A stretch of DNA of 64,000 bases from an uncultured bacterium (GTDB lineage: Bacteria; Oederibacteriota; Oederibacteriia; Oederibacteriales; Oederibacteriaceae). The notes beneath the pieces are model-generated. The model saw only the letters and a list, made by a program, of their open reading frames with translations. It did no database searches and was not told the origin of the DNA. Shown piece after piece: positions 38,366 through 47,119 of the stretch. Every line of letters begins with the position of its first letter. Within the stretch, counting starts at the first letter, position 1. The stretch is taken from the NCBI GenBank assembly GCA_965112635.1, contig OZ218778.1:672001-736000 (forward strand), in the 5' to 3' direction. The translations under genes were made by a program, and so were the position numbers.

Positions 38366-39197
38366 TGACATGCATGATAAAGAGAACATAGTAATAAAGG
38401 CAGGGAGCGGTGAACAACAGGCTGTCAACCTTGTCCAAAAACCCTCCGTACTCGGGGAAAAGCGCCCCGGAATCCTTGACCCCGACATACCGCTTGAGGA
38501 CCGATTCGCTCAGGTCCCCCATCTGTCCCATGAACCCCAGAAGCACGGTCAGGATGAGCCCGTCCAAGAGGGAGATGGGCATCTGGGGCATGATGACCAG
38601 CTTGATGAGGCAAAAAAACAGGCCGCAGAGAACGAAACCTCCGATAAACCCCTCTTTTGTCTTTTTTGGGCTGATGGTGGGCGCCAGCGGATGCCGTCCC
38701 AGGGTGACCCCGACAAAATAGGCCCCGCCGTCATAGGCCCAGGTGAAAAAATAAAGAATGAACAAAAAATAGCTCCCCAACGGAAGATGCCGGAGCAGGA
38801 CCAGGTAGCTGCCCAGGTAGCCGATATAAAAAACGCCGCCGACCGTCAAAAGCATGTTTACGGCCCCTTTTTGGATGTCCTTTTTAAGAAGCACCAGCAG
38901 GGCCCCAATAAGGAACACCGCCCCCAGGAAGCCCGTCAATTCCCACTTGCCGGAAAAGTAGGGTGACAGGAAAAAAACCAGCCGGGGTTCCGGGCTGACG
39001 GCCATCAGGGTGCCGCAAATCATTCCCCACCATTTGAAGGGCGCAAAACCTTTTCTTTCCATCAACGCGCAGAACTCCCACAGGCTCCAGGCCACGACCA
39101 GCCCGATGAAGCAGGAATAACAAAGGGAGTTATCCATGAAAAAAGAATAAACAAAAACGGGAAGAAAGATGAGTGCGATGACTATCCTGATGATCAT
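38361..39197 (-). CDS. cdsA: phosphatidate cytidylyltransferase
   Basis: Starts MIIRIV at ATG 39197 overlapping the uppS stop (ATGA); DGGAYFVG, ISPKKTKEG, GDLSESVLKRYVGVKDSG...GGFLDKVDS. Confidence 0.93.
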   Translation of the reverse strand: MIIRIVIALIFLPVFVYSFFMDNSLCYSCFIGLVVAWSLWEFCALMERKGFAPFKWWGMICGTLMAVSPEPRLVFFLSPYFSGKWELTGFLGAVFLIGALLVLLKKDIQKGAVNMLLTVGGVFYIGYLGSYLVLLRHLPLGSYFLFILYFFTWAYDGGAYFVGVTLGRHPLAPTISPKKTKEGFIGGFVLCGLFFCLIKLVIMPQMPISLLDGLILTVLLGFMGQMGDLSESVLKRYVGVKDSGALFPEYGGFLDKVDSLLFTAPCLYYYVLFIMHVK

Positions 39198-39958
39198 TGG
39201 GCTTCCACGCCTCCGAATCTTCTTTCTCTTTTTTGGTACTCTCTGATCCCCTGGTAGAGGTGGTCGGCGGTGAAATCCGGCCACAAAACCGGCGTCACCC
39301 AGATCTCGGTATAGGCCAGCTGCCACAGCAGGAAATTGGACAGCCTCATCTCCCCGCTGGTCCGGATCAAAAGGTCGGGGTCCGGGATGCCCGCGGTGCT
39401 GAGAAAACTCCCGAACTCTTTCTCGTCCAGCCGCAATTTTTTTTGGGCCCGGCTGGGGAGCGCGAGGATCTTTTTGGCGGCTCCCGCGATCTCCGCCCTG
39501 GCGCTGTAGTTCAGGGCCAGGATCAGGGTCAGACCCTGGTTGTCCGCGGTCTGCCGGATGGCCTGTTGCAGGGCCGCCCGGGCTCCGCTGGGCAGCTCTC
39601 CCGTGGCGCCGATGGTCAACAGCCGCACGCGGTTTTCCTGGAGTTCCCTGAGCTCGCTTTTGAGGTAATGCCTGAGGAGCACCATGAGCGCTCTGACCTC
39701 GGTCCGCGGCCTTTTCCAGTTCTCCTTGGAAAAAGCGTAGAGGGTCAGGTATTTGATCCCGGTCTGTCCGCACGCGCGCACGATCTCTTTGACCCGCTTC
39801 ATCCCGAAACGGTGGCCCAGGACCCGGTGCAGGCCTCTTTTTTTGGCCCAGCGACCGTTCCCGTCCATGATGATGGCAATGTGTTGGGGGAGCCGGGAGG
39901 GGTCCAAGCCGGAGCGGGGATCTTTCTGGGCTGTCGCTTTTTTCTTCAAGAGGTTCAC
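39194..39958 (-). CDS. uppS: undecaprenyl diphosphate synthase
   Basis: HIAIIMDGNGRWA, YAFSKENWKRP, LIRTSGEMRLSNFLLWQ, ERRFGG. Confidence 0.97.
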   Translation of the reverse strand: MNLLKKKATAQKDPRSGLDPSRLPQHIAIIMDGNGRWAKKRGLHRVLGHRFGMKRVKEIVRACGQTGIKYLTLYAFSKENWKRPRTEVRALMVLLRHYLKSELRELQENRVRLLTIGATGELPSGARAALQQAIRQTADNQGLTLILALNYSARAEIAGAAKKILALPSRAQKKLRLDEKEFGSFLSTAGIPDPDLLIRTSGEMRLSNFLLWQLAYTEIWVTPVLWPDFTADHLYQGIREYQKRERRFGGVEAQ

Positions 39959-39981
39959 GGTCGGGCCCTTGTGAAATGGAT

Positions 39982-40170
39982 TAACGGGCTGCTGACGTCC
40001 TCATGGACGCACACCTTGAGGGCGAAAACCCTTCTAAAGGGTCCTCTAGCAGCCTGTTACGTCGCTAACGTCCTCACGGACGCAGGCTTTAGCCTGTCCG
40101 TAGGGAATTTCGACGTTTTGGAATCCAATAAATCTGAAAAAGTCTCTTGTGGGGGACTTTTCAGCATCCT
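39982..40170. mobile_element. degenerate MITE-like palindromic element between frr and uppS
   Basis: IR taacgggctgct/agcagcctgtta (39982-39993/40048-40059), direct repeat gct(g/a)acgtcctca(t/c)ggacgca, hairpin ctgaaaaagtc...gacttttcag; blocks shared with 50948-51033. Confidence 0.6.
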
Positions 40171-40175
40171 TTTAA

Positions 40176-40730
40176 TTAGACTTCCATGATTTCTTTTTCT
40201 TTAGCGCCGTAAACTTCGTCCACTTTTTTCATGTAATCGTCGTTAATCTTCTGGATATGGGTCTGGGACCTTTTGGCGTCGTCTTCGGAGAGCTCTTTTT
40301 TCTTTTCCTTGTCTTTGATGCTTTCCATGGCGTCCCTCCGGATGGCCCTCAGGGCGATCCGGCCGTCCTCGGCCATCTTCTTGATGACCTTGACCAGCTC
40401 TATCCTCGTTTCCTGGGTGGGCTGGGGCATGGTCAGGCGGATGACTTTGCCGTCGTTCATGGGGGTCAGGCCCAGGGTGGACTTGGACACGGCCTTTTCG
40501 ATCTCCGCCAGAACGGCCTTGTCCCAGGGTTTGATCTCCAGGACCCGCGCCTCGGGGACAGAGACTGTGGCCACTTGGGTCACGGGGACCTGGGAGCCGT
40601 AATACTCGACTTTGATATTGTCCAGCAAGGCTACGGAGGCCCGGCCGGTACGGACCGAGGAGAACTCCTTCCGCAGATTATCCATCGACTTCTTCATTTT
40701 ATTTTCCATGTCCACAAAAACTTGGTCCAT
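40176..40730 (-). CDS. frr: ribosome recycling factor
   Basis: RTGRAS, VEYYG, LGLTPMNDG, AIRRDA, KEKEIMEV. Confidence 0.97.
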   Translation of the reverse strand: MDQVFVDMENKMKKSMDNLRKEFSSVRTGRASVALLDNIKVEYYGSQVPVTQVATVSVPEARVLEIKPWDKAVLAEIEKAVSKSTLGLTPMNDGKVIRLTMPQPTQETRIELVKVIKKMAEDGRIALRAIRRDAMESIKDKEKKKELSEDDAKRSQTHIQKINDDYMKKVDEVYGAKEKEIMEV

Positions 40731-40734
40731 CGTC

Positions 40735-41457
40735 TCACTCCCCCTGTACGATTGTGCCGATTTTTTCGCCGAAAACGGCTCTTTTGATGTTGCCGGTCTT
40801 GCCCATGTTAAAAACGATGATGGGAAGGTTGTTGTCCATGCACAGCGACACGGCCGTGCTGTCCATCACTTTGAGCTTGTTCTTGATCACATCCAGGTAG
40901 GAAAGCTTGTCGAATTTCTTGGCCTTGGGGTTCTTTTTAGGGTCGCTGTCGTAGATGCCGTCCACTTGAGTGGCCTTGAGGATCACTTCGGCGCCGACCT
41001 CGATGGCCCGCAGGGCGGCGGTCGTGTCCGTGGTGAAGTAGGGGTTGCCCGTGCCTCCCGCGAAGATCACGACGCGGCCTTTTTCCAGATGCCGCATGGC
41101 GCGCCTCCGGATATAGGGCTCGGCCAGCTTCTGCATCTCGATGGCCGTCATGACCCTGGTAAATACGCCTTTTTTCTCCAGGGAATCTTGCAGGGCCAGG
41201 GCGTTGATGACCGTGGCCAGCATCCCCATGTAATCCGCGGTGACCCGGTCCAAGCCTTCGTCGCTGGCCATCCGGCCGCGGTAAATATTCCCTCCGCCGA
41301 TCACCACCGACACTTCGACCTTGAGATCGCGCAGTTCCTTGATCTGGACCGCGATCTTGGACACTATTTCCGGGGTGATGCCGGACATGCCCGCTCCGGT
41401 CATGGCTTCACCGCTCAGCTTAAGAAGGACCCGGCGGTACTTAGGCTTTGGCTCCAT
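40735..41457 (-). CDS. pyrH: UMP kinase
   Basis: [47 protein letters not shown]; ATG 41457 overlaps the end of tsf. Confidence 0.97.
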   Translation of the reverse strand: MEPKPKYRRVLLKLSGEAMTGAGMSGITPEIVSKIAVQIKELRDLKVEVSVVIGGGNIYRGRMASDEGLDRVTADYMGMLATVINALALQDSLEKKGVFTRVMTAIEMQKLAEPYIRRRAMRHLEKGRVVIFAGGTGNPYFTTDTTAALRAIEVGAEVILKATQVDGIYDSDPKKNPKAKKFDKLSYLDVIKNKLKVMDSTAVSLCMDNNLPIIVFNMGKTGNIKRAVFGEKIGTIVQGE

Positions 41458-42052
41458 ACACCTCTCCAACTTTGAATCTGACAAAGCCGCCGACGTTGAT
41501 GTTCTCGCCCAGCTTGGCGATCTTCTCGGTCAAAAGGTCCTGGATGCTCTTGTTCCCGTCTTTGATAAAAGGCTGGTTCAGGAGGCAGACCTCGGTGTAA
41601 TATTTCTCCAGTTTCCCTTCCACGATCTTGTCCAGAACCTTCTCCGGTTTGCCGGAGGAGACCATCTGGGCCTTGTAGATACCTTTTTCCTTTTCGATTA
41701 CGTCGCTGGGAACATCTTCCTTTTTCAGGTAGGGAGGGTTGGCCGCCGCGATCTGCATGCAGATGTCCTTGGCGAGTTCCTGGAAATCGTCCGTGCGGGC
41801 GACAAAGTCCGTTTCGCAGTTGAGCTGCAGCAGCACGCCGATCTTGCCTCCCTGGTGGATATAGGAGGAGATGATCCCCTGGCCGGTGACGCGGCCGGAC
41901 TTTTTCTGGGCCACCGCGATCCCCTTGGTCCGTAGCAGGTCGATCGCCTTGTCAAAGCTGCCCGTGGCCTCTTCCAGGGCGCGCTTGCACTCCATCATGC
42001 TTACGCCGGTCTTTTCCCTCAATTCTTTGACCATTTGGGAAGTGATATTCAT
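41441..42052 (-). CDS. tsf: elongation factor Ts, short ~203-aa form
   Basis: [39 protein letters not shown]. Confidence 0.96.
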   Translation of the reverse strand: MNITSQMVKELREKTGVSMMECKRALEEATGSFDKAIDLLRTKGIAVAQKKSGRVTGQGIISSYIHQGGKIGVLLQLNCETDFVARTDDFQELAKDICMQIAAANPPYLKKEDVPSDVIEKEKGIYKAQMVSSGKPEKVLDKIVEGKLEKYYTEVCLLNQPFIKDGNKSIQDLLTEKIAKLGENINVGGFVRFKVGEVYGAKA

Positions 42053-42135
42053 GGATGATCTTTCCTTTCCTTCTAGATTCTCTGCACTACCCCGCCAGAA
42101 AGCCACGGCCGCCTGGTCCGTATAGGCTTACAAGC

Positions 42136-42205
42136 AAAAGCCCCGTACCTTAACCCTCGATGGATGTTTTACAAGATCCCGGTTTTGTTCAGGTGCGGGG
42201 CTTTT
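42136..42205. repeat. 15-bp inverted repeat between rpsB and tsf
   Basis: aaaagccccgtacct (42136-42150) and aggtgcggggctttt (42191-42205) with a 40-nt spacer. Confidence 0.7.
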
Positions 42206-42234
42206 CCGATACCGCTTTGGTTCCGACTTTTTAT

Positions 42235-43062
42235 CTAACTTCCTGCCAGCAGTTTTTCCACCATCTCTCCGGACACTTCGGCCTTGACCGCGACCGGCTC
42301 CGCGGGAGCGGGGTTCTCCGATAGCACGATATTCTGCTCCAGCAGCTCCACAGGGACGGCGACGGGCTCCTGCACAACCGGCTTGGGCCTTCCTTCCAGC
42401 ACCGCTTCGGCTACCAGGTTCGCGATCAGCTTGACGGAACGGATCGCGTCGTCGTTGCCCGGGATGATGTAATCGATCTCATCGGGGTCGCAGTTGGTGT
42501 CCACGAGCGCGATGATGGGGATGTGCAGCTTGCGGGCCTCAAGCACGGCGTTGCGTTCCCTTTTGGGATCGATGATGAAGATCGCGCCGGGAACCTGGTT
42601 CATCTCTTTGATGCCGTTGAAGATCTTCTGGGCTTTGGCCAGCTCTTTTTCCAGCGACACCAGCTCCTGCTTGGGGACCTTGGCGAAAATGCCCTCTGCC
42701 TTCATTCTTTCCAGTTCTTTGAGCCGTTCGATGTTCTTCAGTATGGTCTTGAAGTTGGTCATCATGCCCCCCAGCCAGCGTTGGCTGACGAAGAACATAC
42801 CGCAGCGGATGGCTTCCTGCTCGATGGACTCCTGGGCCTGTTTTTTGGTGCCGACGAAGAGGATTGGCTGCCCGGATTGGGCGGTTTCTTTTACAAAATT
42901 GTAGGCTTCTTTAATCTTTTTAACGGTTTTCTGAAGATCAATGATGTAAATGCCGTTTCTTTCGCCAAAAATGTACTTTTGCATCTTGGGATTCCAGCGC
43001 CTGGTCTGATGACCGAAATGCACGCCGGCTTCCAGCAACTGCTTCATATTTGTACTGACCAT
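42235..43062 (-). CDS. rpsB: 30S ribosomal protein S2
   Basis: [52 protein letters not shown]. Confidence 0.98.
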   Translation of the reverse strand: MVSTNMKQLLEAGVHFGHQTRRWNPKMQKYIFGERNGIYIIDLQKTVKKIKEAYNFVKETAQSGQPILFVGTKKQAQESIEQEAIRCGMFFVSQRWLGGMMTNFKTILKNIERLKELERMKAEGIFAKVPKQELVSLEKELAKAQKIFNGIKEMNQVPGAIFIIDPKRERNAVLEARKLHIPIIALVDTNCDPDEIDYIIPGNDDAIRSVKLIANLVAEAVLEGRPKPVVQEPVAVPVELLEQNIVLSENPAPAEPVAVKAEVSGEMVEKLLAGS

Positions 43063-43095
43063 TCCTTGTTAAACTTCCTCCCGTCCTGTCTTGGA

Positions 43096-43147
43096 TTCCC
43101 TAGCTAGTAGGGAAAAGCAGTATAGCACACTGACCCAGGAGCGTCTA
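43096..43147 (-). promoter_or_regulatory. rpsB promoter and leader hairpin
   Basis: Minus strand TAGACG-17 nt-TATACT with extended TG, followed by hairpin TTCCCTACTAGCTAGGGAA (43114-43096). Confidence 0.6.
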
Positions 43148-43232
43148 CTAGGGGTAGGTTATTTTATGCCTGAAAAAACAGGCCTTTGGGGGCCTGGGCC
43201 GTCCCAAACCGCAGAGGAGGGGGTGAACCGGA

Positions 43233-44660
43233 TTAAACGGGTTCTAGACTGTTCCTTCTTGGTTTTTGTTTCTTTTTTCCCTGCCCGGGGTCTTCTTCCC
43301 CGAATTGTTTTACCCAGGTTTTCAGACCCTGGCCCTCGGTAACGGCCGGCAGGTCCAGGACAAAAGTATTTCCAGACCCTGGAACGCTGTCCAGCATGAT
43401 ATACCCGCGGTGGATCTCGATAATCTCCCGGCTGATGCCCAGGCCGAGGTTGTCTTTGTCTCCATCCTGACCCTCCAGGTCCGCCTCAAAGATCTTCTCC
43501 CTCATCTCTTCAGAAATGCCAGGCCCGTCGTCTTTGATGAGCACCCTGACCTTTTTCCTGTCGCGGGAATCGGTCAGCTCCAGGGAAGTGATGGTCAGTT
43601 CGCCCCGGCCGCGGTAGCCGGCCATGGACTGGGTGGCGAAAAGGATCAAGTAGACGAAGACCTGCTGAAGCTGGGCTTCGTCCCCCGTGACCAGCGGCAG
43701 ACTGCTTCCCAGGTTCAATTTCAGGGATATCTGGTTGACCTTCAGGGTGTAGGAGGCGATGTCGACCGCGTGGACCAGGAGCGCGTTGATCTCCAGCGGG
43801 AAGTAAACGCTTTTTTCGCCCTCGGCCAGGTGCAGCGTGCGGTTGATGAGGCCAAGCGAATGCCGGTTCTCCCTGATGATCTTGTCCGTTGAGTTACGGA
43901 TGTCCTGGTTCTTCGGGCTCAGGCCCTTGATGAATTCCGCCTCCTCGTTGATCACAGCCAGGGTATTTTGCATGCTCTGGGCCATGCCGGCCAGCATCCC
44001 TCCCAGCGTCGCGAGCTTGCGCTCATGGCTCAACTGGTTCCGGGTCACATGGAGGTCGTAGGTCAGGACTTGGTTCTGTCTTTCTTCTTCCTGGGTTTTG
44101 GCCTGGGATCGCCGGGCTTCTTCGGACAAATAGCTGTAGAACAAAGTGATACCGAAGATAAAAGGGATACGGATCAGGAAAGCGGTCTCCAAAAGCCGGG
44201 GATCGAACTCGTCGCTCGAATGCATGAGCAGGAAAAAATAGAGGAAAGTCCCCACTCCGGCCACGATGATGGTCTCCCTGACGCGCAGACCCAGCCCCGC
44301 CATGAAAACCACGAGGAAATAGACAAGGTAAAGGTCCGTGTCCAGGCTGGCCGACCAATAGATGAAAAAGGAGATAAAGACCGTGTCCACGCAGAAGATC
44401 GCCATTTTGAACCAATTCTTGAGGAAATACATCTCGGGGAGAGTGGTCAGGGCGACGTTGGAAGCTCCAAAGAACAACAGGACCGTGATCAGAAGTTTGG
44501 CGTTCTCGACGCTGCGTTCGTGGTTGATGTAGATCATGTAGCAGGTCAAGATGACCAGGAGGAGCCAGCGCAACAACAGCAGATTGCCCTTGAACCCAGA
44601 AAAGAATTTCTTTCCTTTATAAGCGAACCATTGATTGATCAATTCCTGCGGTGTTTTCAA
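43233..44660 (-). CDS. membrane histidine kinase-like protein with degenerate H and N boxes
   Basis: About 6 TM helices, ERKLATLGGMLAGMAQSMQNTL (no His), QLQQVFVYLILFA (no Asn), DDGPGI, LGLGISREIIEIHRG. Confidence 0.85.
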   Translation of the reverse strand: MKTPQELINQWFAYKGKKFFSGFKGNLLLLRWLLLVILTCYMIYINHERSVENAKLLITVLLFFGASNVALTTLPEMYFLKNWFKMAIFCVDTVFISFFIYWSASLDTDLYLVYFLVVFMAGLGLRVRETIIVAGVGTFLYFFLLMHSSDEFDPRLLETAFLIRIPFIFGITLFYSYLSEEARRSQAKTQEEERQNQVLTYDLHVTRNQLSHERKLATLGGMLAGMAQSMQNTLAVINEEAEFIKGLSPKNQDIRNSTDKIIRENRHSLGLINRTLHLAEGEKSVYFPLEINALLVHAVDIASYTLKVNQISLKLNLGSSLPLVTGDEAQLQQVFVYLILFATQSMAGYRGRGELTITSLELTDSRDRKKVRVLIKDDGPGISEEMREKIFEADLEGQDGDKDNLGLGISREIIEIHRGYIMLDSVPGSGNTFVLDLPAVTEGQGLKTWVKQFGEEDPGQGKKKQKPRRNSLEPV

Positions 44661-44692
44661 GATTTTCCGCCTTTGCGAACGGTTTGGCCAGG

Positions 44693-45814
44693 TCAGAACT
44701 CGGGATTTTGGGTAGGCGTGACCTTTTCCAGTTTTTTGACGTCATCAGGCTTGTAATAATGCAGCTGCCAAACATATCCCTTGCCCATTTGGCTCGTGGT
44801 CAGGCTGATCTTTCCAAAGACTTTATCTACGACCTTGTCCTTGCCGTTGACCTTTTCGATCTCGCTGTTTTTGAGGGTCCACTCCTCGATGGGGTACTCT
44901 TCTTTTTCCTTTTTAAAGGATTTGACATCGATCTTGTCCGGGCTTTGGGATATTTTGACGGGCTTCCCCCACTTGTTCTTTAGACCGTAGACCACGAAAT
45001 TCCCCCAATCTTTATACTCCTTGTCCATTTGGCCCAGGGCGAAACAGGGGCTCAGGATCGTGAACCGGACGACCTGGTTGTCGTAATATTCCAGTTTGAC
45101 CTGCTGGAGGCTCAGGGGCTTCTCGTCTTCGCCTGTCCCTTCCGTGCCTATGCGGTTAAGGAAAGAGCCCTCGATGGTGCAGTCCCCCCTGAGGACCTCT
45201 GAGGGATTGTCTTTGCCTTGATCGTAGGTCCAGGCCGTGTTCTCCACCAGATTTTGTATCTCCTCCCTGCGCATGCCTATGTAGATCCCTTTGAAACCCG
45301 CACTAGAATAAAGGGTCGCTTCCTCAGGCTGTATCTTTTTAAGGGCGTACAAGGATTCCCAGTAGATCTTATAGCCGCCGGAGTTGTCTTCATAACGGGA
45401 GGGCTCGTATTCTTCCAGCAGGTTACGCATGACCACGACGGGCTCATCCTCTTCTTCCGAAGCGCGGGCTTTTTCCACGATAGGTCCCAACCGTCCCAAG
45501 GCATAGATGATCAGGTCGAGGCGGTCCTGCAAAAGCTCCGCTCCTTCGGTGTATCTGGCGTATTCATTCAAAAGGTGGTCCAGCAAAGGCCCTGCGCCTT
45601 TGGCCCTGGGCCCGATATTGGTGATCAGGCGTAAAGCCATGGCCGCGACAGCCGGGTCCTTGTCGTCGATCAGCTTGACGATGTCGGAGATGTTCTCGTT
45701 GGTCGCCTCAGCGTAGAGCTCCTTGGCCAACGCTTTAAGCGGAGCTAGCAAAAACAGGCCGCAGAGCCCGGTCATCATCATGACTCGGCTGATCTTTAGG
45801 ACGATGGGTCTCAC
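44693..45814 (-). CDS. exported hypothetical protein with N-terminal HEAT-like repeats
   Basis: Signal peptide ending LKALA; LIDDKDPAVAAMALRLITNIGPRAKGA, ALGRLGP; C-terminal domain starting GFKGIYIGMRREEI. Confidence 0.65.
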   Translation of the reverse strand: MRPIVLKISRVMMMTGLCGLFLLAPLKALAKELYAEATNENISDIVKLIDDKDPAVAAMALRLITNIGPRAKGAGPLLDHLLNEYARYTEGAELLQDRLDLIIYALGRLGPIVEKARASEEEDEPVVVMRNLLEEYEPSRYEDNSGGYKIYWESLYALKKIQPEEATLYSSAGFKGIYIGMRREEIQNLVENTAWTYDQGKDNPSEVLRGDCTIEGSFLNRIGTEGTGEDEKPLSLQQVKLEYYDNQVVRFTILSPCFALGQMDKEYKDWGNFVVYGLKNKWGKPVKISQSPDKIDVKSFKKEKEEYPIEEWTLKNSEIEKVNGKDKVVDKVFGKISLTTSQMGKGYVWQLHYYKPDDVKKLEKVTPTQNPEF

Positions 45815-45859
45815 AAAACCTCCAAGTTTTTTAATCTTAACACCGACCCCTTGTTTTTG

Positions 45860-47119
45860 CTATGCCGTGCCGCCGGGAAGTTGCGGCGGGGTTTTTGTTT
45901 CCTCGATTTCTTCGATGGTGCCCCCGGTAAGCTTGGTAATGGAGCTGGTATACCGGCTTAAATGCGTCCCGGCTTTACGGAAGGAATCCTGGGCCTTCTC
46001 CAGACTGTCGCCGATCTGTTCGAATCGGTCCATAAAATTGCTCAGGTGCTTCTTGGTGATCTGGATCTCCTCGATGGTTTTATCGACATTTTTCGCCATC
46101 TCATAATAATCATAGGCAATGGATATCCCCTTGAGGGTAATAGCCAAAGTATTTGGGGAAACCGGGAAAACTTTTTTCTTGCTGTAGAGGTCTTCGCAGA
46201 TCTTAGGGTCCCGGATCACCTCAAAATAAAGGCTTTCACTGGGGATGAACATGAGCGCCATGCTGATGCCGGCTTCAGGAACGATGTATTTGGCGATACG
46301 GGTAGCTTCGGCCTTGATGACCTCGCCCAATTTTTTCCTGGCTTCGTTGAGCTTGACCGGGTCGCTGTCTATTTCAAAAAGCGGCGCCACCTGTTCCCTG
46401 GGAAATTTACTGTCGATGGGTATCTTGGCCTTGGCAAAGGTAATCAAAAATTCCACCTGCCCTGCCCCGGCGATATTGGCCCCCCGTTGGATCAAATGAT
46501 TGGGAAGGAGGTCGGTCAAAAGCTGGTCCAGCTGGGACTCCCCAAATTTTCCCCTCAGATGCGGGAGTTTCAAAAGGTTGTTCAATTCATTGATGGAATT
46601 GCCCACGGTCCCCACGCTTTTGAGCTGTTCCTCCGCGGCCTTGAGCGAATCCTGCACATCCTTGAAATGTTTGAAACCCTCGCGGATATTTTCATCCAGC
46701 TTGGACTGCACCTTGTCGCCGATGCTGGCCAGCTGCTGTTCCACCTTGCCCCGGATGGCTTCCAGTTGCTGCTGGTTAGCCGCTTGAAGGGACTCGAATT
46801 TTTTTTCCAGCTTGTCCGTGACCTCCAGCAGGGATTTGGTTTGTTCCTGCCTGCCGCCGGTCAGCTGCTGTTCCACGCGTTCCTGTATTTTCTGGAATCC
46901 GCCGGTCAGCTCTTTGTTCAAGTCCAGCTTGGTTTCTCCCGAGGATTTAGCGATCCGCTCGGCTAGGTCGGTCGAACTTTTCTGCAGACCGGTTTTAATC
47001 TCCTCCAGATCGTTCTGGACCTTGGGGTCCGCGTTGGGGTTCACTTTTTTATTGGCCAAACCAAAATAGACCACGGCCGCAAGCACGGCCAGTAATAGGA
47101 TGGTGGCTATCACACTCAT
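45860..47119 (-). CDS. rmuC: DNA recombination protein RmuC
   Basis: N-terminal TM, coiled coil, RGKFGESQL, IPIDSKFP, ALMFIPSESLY, VSPNTL; ATG overlaps the proS stop. Confidence 0.9.
   Translation of the reverse strand: MSVIATILLLAVLAAVVYFGLANKKVNPNADPKVQNDLEEIKTGLQKSSTDLAERIAKSSGETKLDLNKELTGGFQKIQERVEQQLTGGRQEQTKSLLEVTDKLEKKFESLQAANQQQLEAIRGKVEQQLASIGDKVQSKLDENIREGFKHFKDVQDSLKAAEEQLKSVGTVGNSINELNNLLKLPHLRGKFGESQLDQLLTDLLPNHLIQRGANIAGAGQVEFLITFAKAKIPIDSKFPREQVAPLFEIDSDPVKLNEARKKLGEVIKAEATRIAKYIVPEAGISMALMFIPSESLYFEVIRDPKICEDLYSKKKVFPVSPNTLAITLKGISIAYDYYEMAKNVDKTIEEIQITKKHLSNFMDRFEQIGDSLEKAQDSFRKAGTHLSRYTSSITKLTGGTIEEIEETKTPPQLPGGTA

Noticed and set aside
39198-39773. 190-aa N-terminal extension of CdsA in the ORF track
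   Set aside because: It is an alternate frame of uppS; CdsA similarity starts at ATG 39197.
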